Origin: Gammaproteobacteria bacterium
GTDB lineage: Bacteria; Pseudomonadota; Gammaproteobacteria; UBA6429; Thiohalophilaceae
Direction of reading: 5' to 3'
Length of the DNA stretch: 49,549 nucleotides
Assembly: GCA_046484825.1 (NCBI GenBank)
Contig: JAWOIE010000094.1
Coordinates: forward strand, 1 to 49,549
A program made the translations under genes and the position numbers. Every line of letters starts with the position of its first letter. The first letter of the stretch is position 1. Of the stretch, positions 9,943-17,883 are shown one piece after another. The notes under the pieces were generated by a model. The model worked only from the letters and a program-made list of their open reading frames with translations. It did not search any database and had not been told where the DNA came from.

Positions 9943-10512
9943 ATGGCTCAATTGATTGAAATCGACACAGATCGCCTACGCTTGCGTCAGTGGTGCCCCG
10001 CTGATCGAGAACCCTTTGCCATGCTAAATTCCGACCCAGGAGTGATGGAGTTTTTTCCGGGACTTCTAAGTCGCGCTGAAAGTGATGCCCTGGCGGATCG
10101 CTGCCAGGCACTTATCTCCGAACGCGGATGGGGGTTCTGGGCCGTAACACCAAGAGACACAGGTGAGTTCATCGGCTTTGTTGGTTTGCACATCCCAACC
10201 GATACGCTGCCATTCTCACCCTGCGTGGAGGTGGGCTGGCGACTGGCGGCAAAATACTGGGGCAAAGGCTACGCCACAGAGGCTGCGCGTGCCGCGCTTG
10301 GCGTTGGCTTTGAGCGGCTTGCATTAGCCGAGATTGTGTCGTTTACCTGTTTGGGCAACATTCGTTCACGCGCCGTGATGCAACGGCTGGGCATGCACGA
10401 CACAGGAACAACCTTTGCGCACCCAAACATCCCGGTGGGCAATGCACTTCGTGAGCACTGTCTGTATAAGATAACGCGCGAGCAGTGGCGCACCAATAAT
10501 GTAACAGTATAA
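9943..10512 (+). CDS. GNAT family N-acetyltransferase (RimJ/RimL-like)
   Basis: 189 aa. Contains LRLRQWCPADREPF...GFVGL...VEVGWRLAAKYWGKGYATEAARA. Starts 6 nt after the mntP stop. Confidence 0.85.
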   Translation: MAQLIEIDTDRLRLRQWCPADREPFAMLNSDPGVMEFFPGLLSRAESDALADRCQALISERGWGFWAVTPRDTGEFIGFVGLHIPTDTLPFSPCVEVGWRLAAKYWGKGYATEAARAALGVGFERLALAEIVSFTCLGNIRSRAVMQRLGMHDTGTTFAHPNIPVGNALREHCLYKITREQWRTNNVTV

Positions 10513-11017
10513 CATCAAGTGCTGCACGACGTTCAGTAGGGCATGGCATTCATAACTACACCGCTTACCGATGAAACCTAAGTGCCTTTGTACGCAGCAA
10601 TACTCAAAGCCAAAGCTATGAGTCGCGACCCAAGCACGCGACGTATGTAATAAATAGTCTCTAATGATTCTTCTTGTCATCGCACCCGCTGCGCTTTTTA
10701 TCTGAAAAAACGACGCGCCGACTGAACAGACTGTCACGCATCTCAACAGCAAATGAGCGCTGAACTTGATCTTCAAGCCCGCCCCAATCCACAAACCATC
10801 CCCGGCGATCTTTGTGAGCGACGTTTTTTATTGTGTTTTCGCAGCATGATGAATCAAAGTTTGTAGGCCAACAATAACTAAATCATTCTTGAAGGTTTGT
10901 GCGTTATTTGTTAATCACAGGTTACCCCCGGCCGCATAAACGTCTATACTATATGCAGACGATGAGCTGATCGTTTTACCCATCAGGACTAATCATTCAG
11001 CACAAGGAGCGTACGCA

Positions 11018-11671
11018 ATGAAACTTAGAAAGCTAACCCTACCCGTTGTATTGGCACTATCGTCAGCTTATTCACTTAGCGCAAATGCCACATTAATCTC
11101 GGGTCTCGGTACCACCACAGCCCATCCTGCACTCGCAGGCGCGACTGTCATTGACTTTGAAGGTCTGGCAAACGCGACCTATCCTGCAGGGGGTGGGCTA
11201 ACCATCGGTGGGGTCACCTTTACCGCCAATGACAACCACCTGCGCATCGACAATACCTATCAAGCGTTTAATCAGTCCGGCACCTACCTGGATAATGGGA
11301 CCTATGGTAGTAATGGCTTCTCGCAGATTACCTTTGACTTTCCCGTCACCACTAATGCCTTCGGTTTTACCTGGGGCATGGCCGAAGCGTTTGCCAACTG
11401 GCAATTAGCCGCCTTCGACTCGGGCGACGGCTTAATCGAAAGTCATCTTCTGCCCTCCACCACCTCCAGTAATGCCGGTGAATTTGTTGGTATCGCGGCC
11501 AATGGGATTTCCTATGCCACGCTCTCCTGGGGCGGGGATTATGACTGGGTCGCTATTGACAACTTTACCTACCAGCAGACTGCCACCTCAGTACCTGAGC
11601 CAGGTACACTCCTGCTCCTGGGCGCTGGCCTGTTGGGTTTGACCGGTGTCGCTCGTAAGAAAAAAGCCTGA
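11018..11671 (+). CDS. PEP-CTERM sorting-domain secreted protein
   Basis: 217 aa. N-terminal signal peptide, and a C-terminal VPEPGTLLLLGAGLLGLTGVARKKKA (PEP motif + transmembrane helix + basic tail). RBS AAGGAG. Confidence 0.9.
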   Translation: MKLRKLTLPVVLALSSAYSLSANATLISGLGTTTAHPALAGATVIDFEGLANATYPAGGGLTIGGVTFTANDNHLRIDNTYQAFNQSGTYLDNGTYGSNGFSQITFDFPVTTNAFGFTWGMAEAFANWQLAAFDSGDGLIESHLLPSTTSSNAGEFVGIAANGISYATLSWGGDYDWVAIDNFTYQQTATSVPEPGTLLLLGAGLLGLTGVARKKKA

Positions 11672-11699
11672 AGATTAGCCTAGATTCAGGTTTTCATTA

Positions 11700-11749
11700 A
11701 CACCACGTCTACCGGCACGATGTGCCGGTGTACGTGGTGTTTTTATTTT
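11700..11749 (+). terminator. Rho-independent terminator after the PEP-CTERM gene
   Basis: ACACCACGTCTACCGGCA / TGCCGGTGTACGTGGTGT hairpin (2 internal mismatches) followed by TTTTTATTTT. Confidence 0.8.
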
Positions 11750-12247
11750 CAACAGAAAAATCTGCAAGTAAATACGGTGTGTGACTTCACAACATGCGAC
11801 CACCCCCCCTAGACAACGGGCATCATGGCAGTGCCGCCATCCCAACAGCCAACCCGCCACAAATAAATCACGCATACGAAATTTAGCTTATTAGTAATTA
11901 ATAATATTAAAGGTAGCAAGCGCCGCACTGTAGCTGCCTCTGCCGTCGACGGCAACGCCTGGCGACGATTGCATCTTGCCGGCTTTTCACAGGGTGAAAT
12001 GCGCCATAAAAGAATTTTGCCCAGGACAAGAATCGTGTTTGACCTGTCGCGGACAACAGGTTAGATTCTGTCAGGTTAGATTATTGTGAGGTGATCCCGA
12101 CGGCAATATATCCAACCGCCTTGGGAGCGACATCGCAAACATCAGGTAAAGGTACATGTAAAGCGACACCGAAGTATCATCAGGGAGCAGTCATATATAA
12201 GGATGTCAGTGTTCCAGCCCTAACATCAAAAAAACAAGGGGGACGTC

Positions 12248-12511
12248 ATGTCTGATATACAACAACGTGAGGCACACTGGAAAAAAACCAGAAACCTCAT
12301 GATCATCCATCTAAGTATCTGGTTCTTCTTCTCATTCGTCGTGCACTGGTTTGCCAATAGTCTCAATAGCTTCAGCTTTATGCACTTTCCGCTAGGCTAT
12401 TACATGGCGGCACAGGGCTCACTCATTGCGTTCGTGGTTCAGTTGTTTCTGTTTGTGAAACAACAGGACAAGATCGACCGTGAATTCGGCATGGCCGAAT
12501 CAGACGAATAA
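12248..12511 (+). CDS. DUF4212 small membrane subunit of a VC_2705-type sodium:solute symporter
   Basis: 87 aa with two transmembrane helices. Contains HWKKTRNLMIIHL...FPLGYYMAAQGSLI. Lies immediately upstream of the large subunit. Confidence 0.85.
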   Translation: MSDIQQREAHWKKTRNLMIIHLSIWFFFSFVVHWFANSLNSFSFMHFPLGYYMAAQGSLIAFVVQLFLFVKQQDKIDREFGMAESDE

Positions 12512-12523
12512 GGGGGGATACAC

Positions 12524-14365
12524 ATGAGTTTTTTCAAACCCAAGGGTAGCTTTATCGATAACCTGCCCAGAATCTATGCCCTCTATACCGGGGGTTTCCT
12601 GGTCTTTGTCCTGCTGATGGCCATCCTGGAACAAATGGGTCTGGGCGCGGATACCATTGGTATTCTGTTCGTCAGCTTTACCATTGTCATCTACGCCGCC
12701 ATCGGCTGGCTGTCGCGCACCATGCAGGTAGACGCCTATTATGTGGCAGGCCGACAGGTCCCGCCTGTCTTCAACGGCATGGCGACGGCGGCGGACTGGA
12801 TGTCCGGGGCCTCATTTGTGGCCATGGCGGGCGGTATCTACATGGGCGGTCATTCCTATCTCGCCTTTGTCGTCGGCTGGACCGGGGGTTACGTGCTGGT
12901 GGCGGTCCTGATGGCCCCCTACCTGCGTAAGTTCGGTTGCTATACCGTGCCGGATTTTATCGGTACGCGTTATGGCGGCAACACCGCGCGACTCCTGGCG
13001 GTACTGGTACTGGTTATTGCCTCGTTCACCTATGTAACCGCACAGATCAACGCGACTGGTACCATTGCGTCACGCGCTCTGCAAATTCCCTTTGAAGTAG
13101 GTGTCTGGTTCGGTCTGCTCGGCATTCTGCTCTGCTCCATGCTGGGGGGGATGCGCGCGGTTACCTGGACCCAGGTGGCACAGTACATTGTTCTGATTAT
13201 CGCCTACCTGGTGCCGGTATTCTGGATGTCTACCAAACAGGGCTTCGGTTTTATTCCGCAGTTCTCTTACGGTGACGCAGTCGCCCGTATCGGCGAACTG
13301 GAAATGCTGCATCAGGTGGGGGTACTCAAACCCGCTGCCGATGCCGCTTCCGGTTTTCCCGGCCTCAAGGCCCTGGTGACACCCCATGCGGCGGCCGGTG
13401 ATTCGGCCATGGCGGCCTGGAAGTTCGTCACCCTCGCTGCCTGTATGATGCTGGGTACGGCCTCGCTGCCGCACATCCTCATGCGTTACTTCACCACGCC
13501 GTCAGTACGGGCCGCACGTAACTCCGTGGCCTGGTCCCTGATGTTCATTTTCCTGCTGTACTTCACTGCCCCGGCGCTCGCCACCTTTACCAAGTTGCAG
13601 ATTCTCGATCCGAATCTGGCAACCAGTATTATTGGCAAGTCGTTTGAAGCGGTCATGCAGCTGGAGTGGATACAGAAGTGGAGCTCGGTGGGCATGCTCG
13701 CTCTGGTCGATAGCAACGGTGATGGTATTGTGCAGATCAGTGAGTTCTTCATGCGCGGTGACATCGTGGTTCTGGCGACACCGGAAATTGCCGGTCTCCC
13801 CTATGTTATCTCCGGTCTGGTGGCGGCGGGGGGTATGGCAGCGGCCATGTCGACCGCGGACGGCCTGCTGCTGGCGATTGCCAACGCCCTGTCACATGAT
13901 CTGTACTATAAAATCATTGACCCCAAGGCCGAGACACGCAAGCGTCTGATCGTGGCCCGTGTGCTGCTCCTCGCCATTGGTGCGGCCGGTGCCTTGGTGG
14001 CCAGTCTCAAACTCACCGGGATACTCGGGGCGGTGGCCTGGGCCTTCTGCTTTGCCATGTCGGGACTATTCTTCCCGCTGGTGCTTGGGGTCTGGTGGAA
14101 ACGCGCCAACCGCGCCGGTGCCATTGCCGGTATGGCCGTGGGGCTAGGTGTCGGTACGTGGTATCTGTACATGGTCAAATTTGCCGGTATGGCACCCTGG
14201 ATCGGTCTGGATGACCTGCGCTTTGGTATTGTCGGCGCCAGCGCCAGTCTCATCGCCATGGTGGTGGTCAGTCTGATGACCAAGGCACCGGATGCTGAGA
14301 CCCAGGCCATGGTCGATGAAATACGCATACCCAAAGGTAGGACCGTGCTCGACGCCCAGCACTAA
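12524..14365 (+). CDS. Sodium:solute symporter (SSS) family permease, VC_2705 / ActP-like subfamily
   Basis: 613 aa, polytopic. Contains YYVAGRQVPPVFNGMATAADWMSGASF and LPHILMRYFT. Confidence 0.9.
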   Translation: MSFFKPKGSFIDNLPRIYALYTGGFLVFVLLMAILEQMGLGADTIGILFVSFTIVIYAAIGWLSRTMQVDAYYVAGRQVPPVFNGMATAADWMSGASFVAMAGGIYMGGHSYLAFVVGWTGGYVLVAVLMAPYLRKFGCYTVPDFIGTRYGGNTARLLAVLVLVIASFTYVTAQINATGTIASRALQIPFEVGVWFGLLGILLCSMLGGMRAVTWTQVAQYIVLIIAYLVPVFWMSTKQGFGFIPQFSYGDAVARIGELEMLHQVGVLKPAADAASGFPGLKALVTPHAAAGDSAMAAWKFVTLAACMMLGTASLPHILMRYFTTPSVRAARNSVAWSLMFIFLLYFTAPALATFTKLQILDPNLATSIIGKSFEAVMQLEWIQKWSSVGMLALVDSNGDGIVQISEFFMRGDIVVLATPEIAGLPYVISGLVAAGGMAAAMSTADGLLLAIANALSHDLYYKIIDPKAETRKRLIVARVLLLAIGAAGALVASLKLTGILGAVAWAFCFAMSGLFFPLVLGVWWKRANRAGAIAGMAVGLGVGTWYLYMVKFAGMAPWIGLDDLRFGIVGASASLIAMVVVSLMTKAPDAETQAMVDEIRIPKGRTVLDAQH

Positions 14366-14379
14366 TTGGCGCCAGCACA

Positions 14380-14413
14380 ATACCGGGGCGGTCTACCGCC
14401 CCGGTATTTTTTT
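14380..14413 (+). terminator. Rho-independent terminator after the symporter
   Basis: ATACCGGGGCGG-TCTA-CCGCCCCGGTAT followed by TTTTTT. Confidence 0.85.
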
Positions 14414-14543
14414 GTCTTGCGAAAATGACGTTATGTGTCAAGCGCTGACGATGGAGCCCATTGGCGTCACGGCTATTGAGTCACTGCGCGAGTTAGGGAA
14501 TACTGGAACACCAGCGAATAAAAAACATTAACAGGAAAATAAA

Positions 14544-14900
14544 ATGACAGAGGCTTTCCCCCTGTGGGTCATAATTATCGACTACGTCCTGGGCGCGATT
14601 ATGTGGACCCTGATCGGCCGATTCGGCATGCGACTGTTTTTGCCGGAAGAGAGCCGCTTTTTTTTCTCGCGCTTTTTTATCCGCGTTACCGACCCCTTCT
14701 TGAAGTTTTTTAAGCCGGTCACCCCCGGTTTTCTGGTGCCGGCCCTTATTCCGCTGTATGTGGCCTGGTTCTTTTACATGGCACGCTTTTATATCATGCC
14801 CTGGCTATTGGGATATTCGGTTATGGGCATGTTATCGTTTCCCCTGGAAAGCGAGATCGCCCACGGCATTCATGCCTTTTTCAACCTTTTTACCCGTTAG
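14544..14900 (+). CDS. YggT family membrane protein
   Basis: 118 aa. Contains FFIRVTDPFLKFFKPVTPGFL plus flanking transmembrane helices, resembling the YGGT repeat. Confidence 0.6.
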   Translation: MTEAFPLWVIIIDYVLGAIMWTLIGRFGMRLFLPEESRFFFSRFFIRVTDPFLKFFKPVTPGFLVPALIPLYVAWFFYMARFYIMPWLLGYSVMGMLSFPLESEIAHGIHAFFNLFTR

Positions 14901-14954
14901 GCGTCAGGCAAGCTGCGCCGATACCACGTCCGCTGAGGTCATAATGTAACGCCC

Positions 14955-17051
14955 ATGTTACCACCGCCCGCTCATACGCCTCTGGTGGCCTTACCGGTCC
15001 TGGTACTGGATCTGGAAACCACCGGCCTGGATGTCAAAAATGATCGCGTCATCCAGGTGGGCGCTATTACCCTGCAGGGTGAGCAGATCATTGAGACGCC
15101 ACAGCTCAATCAGTTAATCCGTCCCGGCGTTGCCATACCGGCCGCCACCGCCGCCATCCACGGCATCCGTGATCAGGACGTCGAAACCGCACCGGCCTTT
15201 GCCGACATTGTCCAGCCGTTAAAAGACCTGCTCTCCGGGCGCGTGGTCGTCGGCCAGCACATTGGCTTTGATATTGCGATCTTACGCCACGAGTTTGCCC
15301 GCCTCGGCCTGGTGTGGCACGAACCCGCCATGATCGACATTAGCCAGCTGGTCGGCGCCTTGCAGCCCGCCCTGCCCGAACTGTCCCTGGAGGCGGTGTG
15401 TCGTTATCTCGGTGTCGAGATCCACAACCGGCATAGCGCCATGGGTGACTGTCTGGCCGCAGCGCACGCCTGGCAAAAGCTGATGCCGCTCTTACGGGAA
15501 AAAGACATCCGCACCCTGGGGGAGACACTGGCACTGGCCAATCAGCGTCAGGACCTGTTGCTGCGCCAGGCACAGTCCGGTTGGCTGGCCACGCCGGAGG
15601 CACTGGTCACCGCCTCCACCTCGGCCCTGACCCGCATTGACAGTTATATTTTCGAGCAGCAATTACAGGATGTCATGACCCGCTCGCCGCAAAGCGTTGC
15701 GCCAACGACCTCGCTGCGTGATGCGGCAAAAAATATGGTGCAGCTACACATCGGTTGTTTGCTGGTGTGTGAAGAGCAACAGCCACCACAGGGCATTGTC
15801 ACCGAAAGCGACCTGATGCGCGCCAGTGCCGAGCATCGCGATTTTGACCATACGCCGGTATCCGCCCTCATGAGTACGCCGGTGCACGGCATGCCGCCCC
15901 ATGAACTGCTCTACCGCGCCCTGGCACGCATGGATCGACTTGGCATCAGTCATCTGTGTGTCGTTGATGCCAACGACAGACCACTCGGTATCGTCTCGCA
16001 ACGGGATTTATTGCGTTACCGCGCCCGCGGCCCACACATGCTGAGTGATGCCCTGCAGGCGGCAGACACGAGCGCCGCGCTCGCCAGCGCCTATGCGCGC
16101 GTGACGGCCGTGGCGACGCAGCTGGTCAATGAGGGACTCGATGGCAGCCAGGTGGCGCGCGTCATCTCCGCCGAACTCCAGGCCCTCACCGAACGCGCCA
16201 CGCAATTGTCTCTGATGCAGATGCAACGCGCCGGCAAGGGCACGGCACCGGCAGACTGGTGTGTCATTGTCCTGGGCTCCGGCGGGCGCGCCGAAAGCCT
16301 GCTCAGCGCCGATCAGGACAATGCCCTGATCCACCGCGGCGGCGCGGAACACGATGCCTGGTTTGCCGAATTTGGCGAACTGCTGGCCGAGACCCTCGAC
16401 GCCGCCGGCCTGCCCCGCTGCAAGGGTGGCGTCATGGTGCGCAACCGCCAATGGCGTGGGACCGAACAGGAATGGGCACAGCGGGTGGAACACTGGTTGC
16501 GCCGCGCCCGGCCCGACGACCTGCTCAATGTGGATATCTTTTTTGACCTGGTCGCCGTTGCCGGCAATGCAGAACTGGCTCAGCAGTTGCACCACAGCGC
16601 GACCCAACTTGCCGCCAACAGCAGCGCCTTTACCAATTTGCTGGCGCAATCGGTACAGGCCATGTCGCCGCGCTTTAGTCTGTTTGGTCGCCCCAGTCTG
16701 CAAAATGGTCGCGTGGATTTAAAGCGCGACGGCCTGTTGCCGCTGGTGTGTTTTGCCCGCACCCTGGCCCTGCGTCTGGGCTCGGTCGCCCGTGCTACTC
16801 CGGAACGTTTATATGATGTGCTGGCGGCGGGACACCTGGCCGAAGGCGATGTCACGCGCCTGGTTGCGTTGCACAAAAAATTACTCAGCCTGATCGTGCA
16901 ACAACAGATTCAGGATATCGACAACGGTATTACGGCCAGCAGTCTGGTGGAAGTGAAGTCGCTGAATCGATCACAGTATCAGCAGCTCCTGCGTGAGTTA
17001 CGCCACCTGCATACCATGGTCGGCGAGATTCAAAGCCTGATCGCCCGTTAG
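14955..17051 (+). CDS. Fusion protein: DnaQ-like DEDDh 3'-5' exonuclease + tandem CBS + DUF294 nucleotidyltransferase + DUF294_C
   Basis: 698 aa. Exonuclease motifs: VLDLETTGLD (ExoI), QHIGFDIAIL (ExoII), HSAMGDCLAAAH (ExoIII). Two CBS modules at about aa 235-355. Nucleotidyltransferase motif LGSGGRAESLLSADQDNALI. Confidence 0.85.
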   Translation: MLPPPAHTPLVALPVLVLDLETTGLDVKNDRVIQVGAITLQGEQIIETPQLNQLIRPGVAIPAATAAIHGIRDQDVETAPAFADIVQPLKDLLSGRVVVGQHIGFDIAILRHEFARLGLVWHEPAMIDISQLVGALQPALPELSLEAVCRYLGVEIHNRHSAMGDCLAAAHAWQKLMPLLREKDIRTLGETLALANQRQDLLLRQAQSGWLATPEALVTASTSALTRIDSYIFEQQLQDVMTRSPQSVAPTTSLRDAAKNMVQLHIGCLLVCEEQQPPQGIVTESDLMRASAEHRDFDHTPVSALMSTPVHGMPPHELLYRALARMDRLGISHLCVVDANDRPLGIVSQRDLLRYRARGPHMLSDALQAADTSAALASAYARVTAVATQLVNEGLDGSQVARVISAELQALTERATQLSLMQMQRAGKGTAPADWCVIVLGSGGRAESLLSADQDNALIHRGGAEHDAWFAEFGELLAETLDAAGLPRCKGGVMVRNRQWRGTEQEWAQRVEHWLRRARPDDLLNVDIFFDLVAVAGNAELAQQLHHSATQLAANSSAFTNLLAQSVQAMSPRFSLFGRPSLQNGRVDLKRDGLLPLVCFARTLALRLGSVARATPERLYDVLAAGHLAEGDVTRLVALHKKLLSLIVQQQIQDIDNGITASSLVEVKSLNRSQYQQLLRELRHLHTMVGEIQSLIAR

Positions 17052-17710
17052 GCGCCGACCTCCAGCACGGCCCCGGCGTCCAGGGCGCGACGCAATTCCT
17101 GCCTGACCTTCTGCCAGCGAAAGCGCACCGAATTGACCACGATGTCTTCATCAAGCTGTTTGAGCTCATCAATGATCGGCGCCCACTGTACCAGCGCCCG
17201 CGGGCTATGACTGAAGGGACCTTCATCGTCGCTGACCGTCGGCCAGTCGCACAATAGCAGCCGCTGGCGCACCTGCCCGGCGGCCTCTGCAAACTGTTCG
17301 CCGGCGTCCGCCGGGGTGGCGGTGTCCTGCAGAATCTCCTCGACGACGCCCTGCATCAGGGCCGAGACCTGTGCGGTGGAGGCCTGCGGATGTTGCATGA
17401 GCAGCCCCCCCATATACACGGCCAGGTCCGACAGACAGGCCAGCCAGATTTGCCATTTGGCGATATTGATGGCGGTTACAAAAATATCGTCATCAAACAG
17501 CTCCGGGTAGCGCATGCCGGCGCGGGTGCGCAAATAACCGTACAGGGAGGTCTGCGCCATAAAGCTGGCCCGCGTGTTGAGGAATGCCATAAGCGCGGCC
17601 CGATCTGTGACCGGCTCTACCCGCTGCGGGGTAAAGTATTCGCGGATCATGCGTAACAGGGCGATGGGATTGAGTAAGATATCGCGCAGTCGATGGGGCA
17701 TATCGGTCAT
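17048..17710 (-). CDS. Hypothetical cytoplasmic protein (start uncertain; the ORF extends to a TTG at 17770)
   Basis: Coding-like 220-240 aa ORF. Its stop overlaps the stop of the convergent fusion gene by 4 nt. No recognised motif. Confidence 0.5.
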   Translation of the reverse strand: MTDMPHRLRDILLNPIALLRMIREYFTPQRVEPVTDRAALMAFLNTRASFMAQTSLYGYLRTRAGMRYPELFDDDIFVTAINIAKWQIWLACLSDLAVYMGGLLMQHPQASTAQVSALMQGVVEEILQDTATPADAGEQFAEAAGQVRQRLLLCDWPTVSDDEGPFSHSPRALVQWAPIIDELKQLDEDIVVNSVRFRWQKVRQELRRALDAGAVLEVGA

Positions 17711-17883
17711 AGGGTGTGGAAGGTCCGTATTATTTATCGTACGGTTTTTATACACCGTCCACGGCGACAAAGTACAGCCAATCCACCATTAATTACGCGC
17801 AGTGTCCGGCGATACTTTGTAGACCTTGTCTGCAGCCAGGCTGTGTCACATGCTCATTACCGCTATCACAGAACACGCACCAC

